The notes under the pieces are model-generated. The model saw only the letters and a list, made by a program, of their open reading frames with translations, was not told the origin of the DNA and did not search any database. A program made the translations under genes and the position numbers. DNA of 64,000 bases from Pelagomonas calceolata (Eukaryota): positions 6,014,001 to 6,078,000 of the forward strand of contig CAKKNE010000002.1 of assembly GCA_918797485.1 (NCBI GenBank), in the 5' to 3' direction. Below are positions 49,529-58,997 of this stretch, piece by piece; within the stretch, counting starts at the first letter, position 1, and each line of letters starts with the position of its first letter.

Positions 49529-51028
49529 ATGGACCAGATCGAGGAGCGCGCGCCCCCCAAGCCACAGACCAGCCGCTGGAAGGAGATCACGGCGCGCAAC
49601 ACGGCCCAATATAAAGCGAGGCGGGCTCCGCTCCACAAGCGCGCGTTCAAGGGCCTGCAGCCCGACCCGCGGCGCACGTCCGGCGTCGACGCGCGGTACT
49701 CGCGCACCGCGGCGCACGGCGGCCGGCGCGCGCACGGCGGTACGAGGCGCAATCTCCTGCGGTGGGGCTCGGCGCTGCTGCGGGGCATCGCCGACGACGA
49801 CGCGGAACAGGTTCTCGACGCGCTCGCCATGCCGTCCGCGAACGTCCACTGCCGAGTGACGGGCGGCGCCTTCGGCGCGCCCTTCGACTACGCGGGAGAC
49901 GCGCTCGTGAGCGTCCAGCGCATCCAGCGCGAGGTCGACAAGTCGCAGAAGCTCGCGCACGACCTCGCGGACAAGCTGCCGCGCTACTACTCGGCGCAGG
50001 AGTGGGCGAACATCGAGGCGAGTCTCAGGGAGATCTCGACGTACTTCCCGCCCACGTCTGCGATCTTCGAGGTGTGCCGCGTCGGCGACTCCGCCTTACA
50101 TTTAGCGGTGCGGCACGGCGCGTTCGGCGCGGCGAAGATCCTGCTGAGCCGCGGCTGCGACCCCATCGCGGAGAACGACGAGGGCCACACCGTCGCCTAT
50201 TTGTTGGGGGAGCGGTTCAAGGTCTTCGAGGAGATGTTGCGACAGGCGGACTCGCACGCGGACGCCGCGGCGCGGCGCGACGCGCGGCGCAAGGTCGACA
50301 ACGCCCGCGACGACATCCGGGCCGTCGCGAACGCGGTCATCGACCGCCTCGAGGAGCGCGACGAGGCCGTCATGGCGCCGCTGGCGTTCAAGAAGTGGCA
50401 GCTCCAGATCGAGGGCGAGGATTTGGATCGCAAGGACCAGGCGACGCTGGACCAGCGCGCCAAGCTGCAGCAGGAGCTCGAGGTCGCCCACGACATCGCT
50501 CACAAAACGAAGGCGGACGCGCGGTCGCGCCGCGCGTCCAAGGCCACGTCGGCGCGAGCTCTGTTCCGGAGCCGCGACGAGCGCAAGGCGACGCTGCGCC
50601 AGCGCGCCACCTCCAGCGCCGGCGCGCCGGCGCGGCACTACGAGACGGCGTACTCGTCCGCGCGCGACTTCGAGCCGGGCGAGCGCCGGAGCCGCGGCTC
50701 CGTCTCCTTCTCCGTCGGCCACTACTACCAGAACGCGCCGTCGGCCTTCGAGCGCGGCGAGGCGCGGCGCCGCGCGGGCCCGCCGTCGCTGTCCGACGTC
50801 TCCGAGGGCTTCTTCGACGACATCGACGTGAACGACTGGCTCATGGACCTCGACCACGCGGCGGTGCTGGTCCAGGCGAACTGGCGCGCGATCGCCTGCC
50901 GCCAGGCGCTGCTGCGCGCCGTGCGCCACGCGTCCGCGGCGGCGATCCAGACGCGGTACCGCGAGCACCGCCGGGCGATGCGGCTCTGGGACGCGGCGCT
51001 CGGGCGGCGGAAGCGGGGCTACTACTAA
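49529..51028 (+). CDS. Ankyrin-repeat and IQ-motif protein
   Basis: GDSALHLAVRHG..LLSRGCD..NDEGHT; AAVLVQANWR and AAAIQTRYR. Confidence 0.8.
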   Translation: MDQIEERAPPKPQTSRWKEITARNTAQYKARRAPLHKRAFKGLQPDPRRTSGVDARYSRTAAHGGRRAHGGTRRNLLRWGSALLRGIADDDAEQVLDALAMPSANVHCRVTGGAFGAPFDYAGDALVSVQRIQREVDKSQKLAHDLADKLPRYYSAQEWANIEASLREISTYFPPTSAIFEVCRVGDSALHLAVRHGAFGAAKILLSRGCDPIAENDEGHTVAYLLGERFKVFEEMLRQADSHADAAARRDARRKVDNARDDIRAVANAVIDRLEERDEAVMAPLAFKKWQLQIEGEDLDRKDQATLDQRAKLQQELEVAHDIAHKTKADARSRRASKATSARALFRSRDERKATLRQRATSSAGAPARHYETAYSSARDFEPGERRSRGSVSFSVGHYYQNAPSAFERGEARRRAGPPSLSDVSEGFFDDIDVNDWLMDLDHAAVLVQANWRAIACRQALLRAVRHASAAAIQTRYREHRRAMRLWDAALGRRKRGYY

Positions 51029-51070
51029 TGAGGTTGTTGTATTTTCTTGTGAGACCCGCGCTAAGACGAG

Positions 51071-51425
51071 CTAGCGGCCTGTAAGACACTAGCACTAGAT
51101 ACCCTTCCTCCGACAGGCGCCGTTGTTGGCGACGACGCCGTAGGCCCAACAACACGCGGCCGCGATCCATAGATTTATAATGTGTTGGTTTTTAGTCGTC
51201 TCCGCGGAGGGGGGGGGAGGGGGGAGCCGCGCCTGGTAAGGGCGCGAGCGTCACGAAGACGGGGGAGATGCGTCCGTGCCGTCACGCGTAATCGAGGTTG
51301 ATTTCGCTCTCACCGCGGCGAATAAGCCGTCTAGAGAGCAATGACCAAAGGCCCGACGGCGCTTATTTTGATGCTGCTAAGCCGACGCATCTACGCTTTC
51401 TAACTAGTGTCTTACAGGCCGCTAG
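51071..51425. mobile_element. Segment bounded by a 22-bp perfect inverted repeat (possible MITE)
   Basis: ctagcggcctgtaagacactag (51071-51092) and ctagtgtcttacaggccgctag (51404-51425). Confidence 0.5.
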
Positions 51426-52078
51426 GGTCAGAGCTCGGGACTCGTCGAAGACAACATTACGAATTACAAGGGGCGCGAGAGCTATCGCCGCGGTCGCGAT
51501 GGGTTACAGTTTATGCGACGCCCGAGAGACGTCGAAATAACCATAAACCTGAGCGCGGCCTGCTCGACGCGCCGCGCATCTGTTAAAGTGCGCATTCCGT
51601 TCACCCGGAACTCCCGCGATCGCTTGAGGGACGGAGTGGCCGGCATTGGTTTTGACTCACTCACCTCGGCGCCGAACCCCACACACTCGACAGATCAATG
51701 TGGAAAGCCACGTCCACATCAGACGCGCGCCACCACCTGAGTCCATGGTGTTCGCCCCGGGCTGCCCCATTGCCTTGAATCGTTACTGGAGAGGTCCCTC
51801 GTCGAGAGAAGACTAGTACGCTGCCGTGCTGCCGTGCGGGCGCGCAGCGCGATCTGCAGGCTGCTGCGTCTTTGGGCCTACTTGCGCATCGGCGTGTCGG
51901 CCTGATCGGCAGCCCGCGGTCCTACGCGACGTGTTTCGGCCCACTTGACAGCCACGGACCGTCGCGGGGTTAGTTTACCGCGCCGGGGCTGCTTGAGGTG
52001 AAAGAGGAGCTTCTGGAGTCCAGGGCTTGGACCAGCGACGGGGATTTTTTTTGGCGGCCCGTGACGCCCAGAAGACCG

Positions 52079-52843
52079 ATGGGGGCGGGCGCCAGCGCCC
52101 AGCCGCTGGTACCGCCACCGACGGAGCCGAAAGAAACAGCGGACAAGAACGACGACTCCCTGACGTCGGTCCACGACGCGCGCCTCGCGGCGCTGCTGCG
52201 CGGCGCCGGGACCCCCAAGCTCACGTACTCCGACTCCGCCTTCGAGGCGCTGTTGGCCCGAAACCTGCCGTCCCCGTTGGAATGGCCGCCGGCCTCGGAG
52301 ACGCGGCGGCGGCGCAAGACGCTGGACCGCCTCCAGGAGCTCTTCGGGAAGGCGAGCCTCTCGTCGCGGCAGGCGGCGCAGACCGTGGCCCAGCTCATGC
52401 CCGACGACGACGAGCGGGACGCCGTCGCCGAGTTCCTGATGGCGCGCGTCGACGCGAGCGCGCGGCCGGCCTACGTTACTGCTTTGTCGAGGTGCGAGCC
52501 GCCGCTCGCCGCCGATCTCCTCGAGCGCCTCGGGGACCGCGCGACGCGTGACGCGCAGGACGCCGCCATCGAGGCCGTCAGCAGAGGGCCGGCGCCGCAG
52601 CAACAGGCGACGCGCCCTGTCGCCACGACGCCGACGAAAAAGAGCGCGCCGCCGCCGCGGCATCCCAACAAGCCGTCTGCGTTTGCATGGCTCTTCCGTG
52701 ACCCGGCGCCACCGCGACCCGGGCTGAAGTGGGTCTACGGGAAGGGTTGGATTCCTGACAATCTTGGAAAACACGGCGCGCCCCCGTCGCCCCTGGAGCA
52801 TATCATCGACGCGGACGTCGCCGACCGACGGTCGCAGGGGTAG
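52079..52843 (+). CDS. Hypothetical protein (MG N-terminus, possible myristoylation)
   Basis: ORF starting MGAGASAQP with coding-like GC3 bias. Confidence 0.6.
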   Translation: MGAGASAQPLVPPPTEPKETADKNDDSLTSVHDARLAALLRGAGTPKLTYSDSAFEALLARNLPSPLEWPPASETRRRRKTLDRLQELFGKASLSSRQAAQTVAQLMPDDDERDAVAEFLMARVDASARPAYVTALSRCEPPLAADLLERLGDRATRDAQDAAIEAVSRGPAPQQQATRPVATTPTKKSAPPPRHPNKPSAFAWLFRDPAPPRPGLKWVYGKGWIPDNLGKHGAPPSPLEHIIDADVADRRSQG

Positions 52844-52993
52844 TCCCCACTCCCAAAAAAAAACAGCCAACGCCCACCCGGTACATGTCCGGTCTCGACC
52901 ACGACATGCCCCCACACCTCCCTTGTCCTGTATACGCATGTGCACCGACGCCACCCGCGCGTCCCTGAGATAAGTTGACACAACAACGACAAG

Positions 52994-54979
52994 TTAGGAC
53001 GCACACGCCTCCAAAAAGCGCGCAGCGGCTACATCGTCCAGCCCGCGGACGCCGTTCGCCTCGAGCATGCCGTGCAGCTGCCGCCGGACGGTCTCGTCGG
53101 CCACGGTCACGGCGACCTCGAGCGAGTCGTGGCGCGCCGTGTCCACGAGGCCGCGGAACGCCTCGTGTAACGTCGTTCTGCGCGGCCGGTCCAGCGCGCT
53201 GAGCGCCTCGAGCCCGGCGAGCGCCGCGGCCGCGGCGTCGTCGACGCCGGCGAACGCCCGGCGCGCCGCCGCGACGCGCGCCGCCAGCAGCTTCTGGGGC
53301 CGCCGCTTCAGCGCGTCCTCGACCACGGACTTCGCGAGCGGCGCCCGCAGCGCCCGCAGCGCCGCGCGCGGCAGCGCGTCCCGCGCCTCGGCGAGGAAGC
53401 CCGCGAGCCACGCGTCGCCGAGCGCGTCGCTCCTGCGCGACGCCCGCCGGAACGCCGCCGCCGCGAGGTCCGCGACGCGCTTGAGATAATTCTCGGCCCG
53501 CCTCGTCAGCGCCGCCGCCGCGTCGGCGCCGAGCGCCGCGGGGTCGAGCTTCAGGTCCTCGGCGAGCTGCGCGCGCGCCGCGACGCCCTTCGTGCGCTTC
53601 GCGACGCGCAGCGCCGCCTGGAGCACGACGCCGCCGCCGATCAGGGACCGCTCGCCCTCCTCCTCCTGGACCCTCTCGAGGACGCGCTCGCAGCCCCGCG
53701 CCTCCGCCGCGGCGTACACCAAAGCGCAGGCGCCGCCCGCCGCCCGCCACGCCGTCGGCGCGGCCTCGCCCCGCCGCCGGCTCCAGCCCACCATCTCGAT
53801 GTCGCGGACCTCGTCCCACCGCGGCGCCGCCCAGGCGAGCACCTCGCGGACGACGGCGCCCCGCGCCGCGCTCCACAGCTCCTTGCGCGCGACGGGGTCC
53901 AGCCGCGCGTAGCGCGCCTCGAGCCGGTTCAGGACGCCGACGACCTCGGCTTGCACGAGCGACGGGCCGCGCGCCGCGTCGTCCAACACGGCGAGGGCGT
54001 CGGCGCCGGCCTCGCCGGCGTCGCACCGTTGCAAGACGCGGCGGCACGCCTCGGCCGCGCCGTCCGTGTCGGCGGCGCGCCACGCGTCCCGCCGCGCCCG
54101 CGTCGCGGCGAGGACGGCGAGCGCCGAATGAGACGACGCGACCTCCTCGTCGAGCGCCGCGCACGCGTCGGCGAGGACCGCGACGTGGACGACGGGCAGC
54201 GCCTCGAGCAGCTTCGCGCGCGCGCAGGCGCCCACCGCCTCGCCCAGCTTCGCCGCGACGCGCGCCGGCGCGCCCTTGAGCGGCGCCTGCGCCGCGCGCC
54301 ACACCCGCAGCAGCCACGCGCAGGCCCATTCCGGCTTGTCGCGGCGCCTCGGGCCGTCGTCGTCGTCGGCGTCGTCGTTCTCTTGCAAGAAAAACGCGGC
54401 GAAGCGGCCCTCGATCGGCGCCGCCAGCACGCGCGCCGCGCGGCAGGCGTCGCCGCGTCCGTGCAACTCGTCGAGGCGCTCGAGGCGGCGGCACGCCGTC
54501 GCGAGGCGCCGCACGCACTTCCGGTCGAGGGGCGCCCGCTCGGCGTCGCCGGCCGCGACGCCGCGCGGCCAGCCGACGCCGGCCATGGCGCGCTCGAGCT
54601 CCGCGGCCCAGAGCCGCTCGCACGCCGCGAGGGCCCGCGCCGCCGCGGCCGCGACGGGGCCGGCCTCGTTCTGGACCGCGGCGAGCGCCTCGACGTCGCC
54701 CGCCGCGTTCGCGCGCGCGACGCAGGTCCACGCCGCGAGCAGGGCCTGCTGCTCGCGCAGCGTCGCGCGCTTCTCGCGGAGGTCGCGCCGCGCGTCGGCC
54801 GCCGGGTCCGATTCGAGCGGCGTGGCCGCGACCGCGGCCCGCATCGCGCGCGCCGCGGCCGCGCACGCGTCGGCGTCTCTGGCTGCTGCGGCGGCGAGCT
54901 GCTGCTCCAGTGCTTGCTTCTTTTGTTTGAGCGTTGCGAGCTTGTCTCGCTCGGCGGCTAGCTCGACGGCTGCTGCCAT
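52994..54979 (-). CDS. RINT1/Tip20-like helical tethering protein
   Basis: IEGRFAAFF...RRDKPEW resembles the RFxYHF...DKPEW signature; coiled-coil N-terminus. Confidence 0.6.
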   Translation of the reverse strand: MAAAVELAAERDKLATLKQKKQALEQQLAAAAARDADACAAAARAMRAAVAATPLESDPAADARRDLREKRATLREQQALLAAWTCVARANAAGDVEALAAVQNEAGPVAAAAARALAACERLWAAELERAMAGVGWPRGVAAGDAERAPLDRKCVRRLATACRRLERLDELHGRGDACRAARVLAAPIEGRFAAFFLQENDDADDDDGPRRRDKPEWACAWLLRVWRAAQAPLKGAPARVAAKLGEAVGACARAKLLEALPVVHVAVLADACAALDEEVASSHSALAVLAATRARRDAWRAADTDGAAEACRRVLQRCDAGEAGADALAVLDDAARGPSLVQAEVVGVLNRLEARYARLDPVARKELWSAARGAVVREVLAWAAPRWDEVRDIEMVGWSRRRGEAAPTAWRAAGGACALVYAAAEARGCERVLERVQEEEGERSLIGGGVVLQAALRVAKRTKGVAARAQLAEDLKLDPAALGADAAAALTRRAENYLKRVADLAAAAFRRASRRSDALGDAWLAGFLAEARDALPRAALRALRAPLAKSVVEDALKRRPQKLLAARVAAARRAFAGVDDAAAAALAGLEALSALDRPRRTTLHEAFRGLVDTARHDSLEVAVTVADETVRRQLHGMLEANGVRGLDDVAAARFLEACAS

Positions 54980-55042
54980 TTTGTTGGGTGAGCGTGCGCT
55001 AGTTTTCCGTCTAGGCACTACCAATGCCGCGGAGCCAAAAAC

Positions 55043-55093
55043 GCTAGCGGTCTGTAAGACACTAGGAATGCTAGTGTCTTACATACCGCTAGC
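55043..55093. promoter_or_regulatory. Inverted pair of the recurrent GCTAGTGTCTTACA(GG)CCGCTAGC motif
   Basis: gctagcggtctgtaagacactag-gaatg-ctagtgtcttacataccgctagc; single copies occur in many other intergenic regions. Confidence 0.55.
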
Positions 55094-55792
55094 AACGCTT
55101 TTGCCGCAATTCACGTCTTGCCTCGCTGAGAGCTTAGCGCGCGTATACGGCGCCAGCAAACGCCTCCAGCGCGTCGACGCAGCGCGCTGAAGCTTCGACG
55201 CGCGTACAGGACCGGTGCGAACTCGCAGCACACTGCAACAAGACAACGTCGCCAGCCGCTACCAAGCTGCGCGCTGCGGCGCCGCGTCTAGAGGCAGCTA
55301 CAACGTACAACACTACAACGTACGACACTTCTCGCTGAAAGCGCAACCGCAGCATCGGGCGCGCCTCCAGCGCCAGGCGCAAATACGCCAGACGCGAATA
55401 CGCAAATACTTCAAAAAAAGAGCACGGCGTTGCGCGCGGGTGCGACGTTCACAGTAGGTTGCGCCCGCCCCGCCGCCCCCATCACACGACGAATTCACCC
55501 TAGATCAAGTGGGGGACAAGAGTTCGGGGAGTGCTCGAGATCATGCGTGGGCCGTTCGTGTCGAGTCGCTCCGGCGATTCCGCGACCGCTCGCCCCAAAT
55601 TCCACCTCCTTCAAGGGTTCGGCCGTCGGCCGCCACCCTTGCTGGGAGATAACCTTGGGGCTAACACTTCTTCGCACAGGCATGCCGAGGTAAAGTTAGC
55701 CTAACTAGGGTATCTCAGCGATCTTTCTGCCAACGGACGCCAAGGCACCCCAGGGCCTCCGCACGGACCTCTACAAAAAACCGAGGTAGCGG

Positions 55793-56907
55793 ATGTATCG
55801 ACCTTGGCTGGTGCTCGGCGTGGCGGCCGCGCTGCGGCTCCCCGCCGCGCCGTACATAAGTCAGGACTGCAACGCGGGCCGGCGGGCGCCGCGCGCGCCC
55901 GAGCGGCCGCCGCCGAGCCGGCGCGACTGGAACGACTTCATTCGCTTGGTGCAACACGCGCACGGCCAGATCGCCGAGCCGGCGCGGACCGGCGTCCTTC
56001 ATTGCTCTCGTGGCCTAATGGACAAGGCGTCGCCCTCCTAAGGCGAAGATTGCGGGTTCGAGTCCCGTCGTGAGTAGCGTCGACCGGTCCGCGCCCGACG
56101 CAGGTGACGAGTCAGCTGGCCACGGGCGACATCAAGGCGCTCTGCGCGGCGCGCGCGGCCGCGGCGACGGACCAGATCCGGGACGTGGCGGCGACGGGGT
56201 CGCGGCGGTGCCTCGTCGAGCTGGGCGCGCGCGAGGGCCGCGTCGCGACGGTGCTCGCCGACCTGGGCTTCGAGAAGACCTACCTCGTCGACCGCGACCA
56301 CCCGACGTCCGACGAGGCGCGGGCGACGCGGGGCGAGCGCGTCACGGCGGATTTAAGGCACTTTGATGTGGCGGCGCTCACGGACGCGTCCTGCGTCGTC
56401 GCCAAGCACGTGTGCGGCGTCGCGATGGACTACTCCGTGCGCATGGTCGCGCGCGCGCGGCCCGAGGTCTTTGCGTTCGCGCCGTGCTGTTATTTTTCCT
56501 GCGAATACGACGCGTACCCGGGTCGCGAGCTGCTCGCGGAGCTGGGAGTCTGCAGGGACGCGCGCGACTTCGACATGCTCAAGAAGCTCACGCAGTGGGG
56601 GCCGAACCAGTTCTCGCCGTCCACCGAGGCCGCGGGCCGGTGGGCTATGGACTTGATTGATGCGGGGCGCGTCGACTTTCTGCGGCGGAGCGGCCTCGAC
56701 GCGGCGGCGCTGCCCTACGCCGACGCGCGGCTCGCGCTCGACGGGGCGCTCGAGTGCACGCTGCTGGTCGGCTGGCGGCCCCCGGACGCGGACGCGGATG
56801 CGGCGGCGGCGTCGCCCTGGGATACGTACCAAGACGAAAACGGCACGCCGTACTACCACAACCGCGAGACGGGGGAGACGGCGTGGACGCTGCCCGGCGA
56901 GTCCTGA
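55793..56907 (+). CDS. Trm13-like SAM-dependent methyltransferase with C-terminal WW domain; exons 55793-55981 and 56104-56907; tRNA host gene
   Basis: LVELGAREG, LVDR, ADLRHF, AKHVCGVAMD, APCC; WW domain PWDTYQDENGTPYYHNRETGETAWTLP; a GC-AG intron at 55982-56103 joins EP|VTSQL in frame. Confidence 0.7.
56004..56076 (+). tRNA. tRNA-Arg(CCT)
   Basis: GCTCTCG/CGTGAGT; GCCT-AATGGACA-AGGC; TCGCC-CT-CCT-AA-GGCGA; GCGGG-TTCGAGT-CCCGT. Confidence 0.93.
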
Positions 56908-56952
56908 CTGTTATGTGTAAGATTTTTTGTAGACACGCCGCCGTCGCCAAGT

Positions 56953-57071
56953 TCGTCGCCTCCGAGCTAACACTCGGGGCGACGGCGTACGGGGGCGGGG
57001 GCGGGGCGGGCGTTCGGTCACGCAGCCCCCGCGGCGGGTCGCGGCTAGGCGGCCTAGCTCTAAGCAAAGCA
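56953..57071. repeat. Dispersed ~118-bp repeat, copy 2
   Basis: See 16624-16739. Confidence 0.85.
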
Positions 57072-57080
57072 GACACAAAC

Positions 57081-58634
57081 TTAAGAATACGGATCGTCCA
57101 GGGACTTTGGCGGCCTCGGCCGCGTCTCGGCCGCCGCAAACCCAAATGCGATCAACGCCGCGAAGGCGATGAGCGTCGCGCCGCCGAGGCCCTTGTTTTC
57201 GGCGAAGAGCGTAAAGTAGGTGATCGTCGAGGCGAAGCCGGAGTGCACGTAGATCGACGCCAACGCGGCCGCGGCGCAGGGCGTCCCCCGGAAGAACTCC
57301 ACGTATATGTGTTTCGTCGAGTTTTCAAAGACCGCGCGATTCACGCCCTGCAGCGCGAACAGCAGCACGAGCTGCCGCCACGCCATGAGGTCGGACGTCG
57401 AGTGCGCGCAGAGGCACACGCCGAGCACGGCGTACGACGAGAAGGCCACGGCGACCGGCGCCCGCGGCCCGCCCTTCCTCGCGGCGCCGGCGAGCACGAT
57501 CGCGGCGAGGCCGGCGGTCACGGTCGTCACCGTCGAGCACACCGCGACGGCCGCCGCGCCGCGCTTCTCGTCGACGAGGCCGTCGACCCAGTCCGTGAAC
57601 AGCGCGCTCGAGAAGCCGAAGCCTAGCGGGAGGGGCGCGAGGAGCCAGAGCCGCGGGTCGGCGACGTGCGCCAGCGCCACGGCGCGCAGGCTCTTCCCCA
57701 CGTCCGACGACGGCTTGCCCCGCGCGCCGCGCGCCAGCCCGAGCTCGAGCGGGTCGTGGACGAAGAACGCCGTCGCGCAGGCGCCCACGCCCACCAAGCC
57801 CGCCGTCGCGCCCTCGAGCGTCGCGCCGAGGCCGAGCGCGACCGCCGTCGCCACCTTGACGCAGGCCTCCATCGCCACGTAAATGACCGCAAAGAGCGTG
57901 GCAAAGTCCGCCGACGCCTCCTTCGCCGGGATCTGCTGCACGTCCGCGTGGGCCGCCGAGGCCTGCGCGTAGTGCTGCGTCTGGCCGACCCAGAGCGTCG
58001 CGCCGCCGACGCCCGCCCCGACCGACGCGAGCAGGACGACCTGTGTGGTAATCAACCAGTGCGTCGGGTACACCCGACAATTCTTCACTAAGTCATTTCT
58101 CGGCGATGACGCAGCCGTCCTGGCTCGGTCGAGTGGTGAGGAATTCACACCGCCACGCCGTCGAGCAGGCGTCGCGTCGATGGCGTGGAGGACGACGCGA
58201 TGATTCAGCACGAACGCGCCGTAAATTTTGATTTCCACACAGATGACGACTGCGTCTGCCACGGCGCCGCCGCCCAGGATCTCGTAGGAGAGGTAGCTCG
58301 CCGCGAGGAGCACGTAGCCGCAGAATCCGGTGAGCAGCGCATAGAGCACGCCGACGCGACGCACGACGTCCGTCGCTACGAAGAGGGCCGCGGTCGTGTA
58401 GGCCGCGAAGAACGCGCCGAGACTCGCGCTCGACAGGTCCTTGCCCTGCAGCGACGACGCGTAGACCATCGACGTGACCGCGCAGCCGTGCAGCACGCCG
58501 AACGTCACGCAAAACATGATCCAGGTCCGGCGCGTCGTGGCGTACGCGGGCAGCGCGCCGTCGTCGTCGGGCAGCAGGTACTGGTGCTCGCCATCCGGGT
58601 AGAACGACTGCTGGAAGGGGCCCGGTTCCATCAT
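57081..58634 (-). CDS. UNC-93-like MFS membrane protein; intron 58041-58250
   Basis: GAGVGGATLWVGQ, LWLLAPL..GFGF, LQGVNRAVFE; many hydrophobic helices. Confidence 0.75.
   Translation of the reverse strand: MMEPGPFQQSFYPDGEHQYLLPDDDGALPAYATTRRTWIMFCVTFGVLHGCAVTSMVYASSLQGKDLSSASLGAFFAAYTTAALFVATDVVRRVGVLYALLTGFCGYVLLAASYLSYEILGGGAVADAVVICVEIKIYGAFVLNHRVVLHAIDATPARRRGGVNSSPLDRARTAASSPRNDLVKNCRVYPTHWLITTQVVLLASVGAGVGGATLWVGQTQHYAQASAAHADVQQIPAKEASADFATLFAVIYVAMEACVKVATAVALGLGATLEGATAGLVGVGACATAFFVHDPLELGLARGARGKPSSDVGKSLRAVALAHVADPRLWLLAPLPLGFGFSSALFTDWVDGLVDEKRGAAAVAVCSTVTTVTAGLAAIVLAGAARKGGPRAPVAVAFSSYAVLGVCLCAHSTSDLMAWRQLVLLFALQGVNRAVFENSTKHIYVEFFRGTPCAAAALASIYVHSGFASTITYFTLFAENKGLGGATLIAFAALIAFGFAAAETRPRPPKSLDDPYS
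58041..58250 (-). mobile_element. Introner-type intron (210 nt, frame-preserving)
   Basis: TIR element 58041-58242; flanks aggacgac / atgacgac (7/8 TSD); highly similar to 38937-39139. Confidence 0.9.
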
Positions 58635-58997
58635 GATTGTGTCCGCAGAGCTCAAGGGCAGCGTTTTTAGGTCAACACATCGTGCTCACGGTGCAATAGT
58701 GTGGCCCACGCCCTCCTCCCGCAGCTTACGCGCCCCGCACGCCCGATTTTTTGCAGGGCATCCGGCTAGCGCCATAGAGCTACTAGCGCTGCATGCTAAA
58801 TATCAGTCTTGCTGCAGCAAAAAAACAGACAAAAGCACGCCAGTAATCTTTGTGGGACACATTTCAGCGGCGCAACCATCCGTGCTTCTATTTTACCTGC
58901 AAGCACCAGGGCGCAGGCCCGCAGAGCTCGCAGTCGTGACCTCTTCGAACTTCTGCAGACCTCAAACCCATTCGTGCCGCCGCCCCGCAACAGCATC

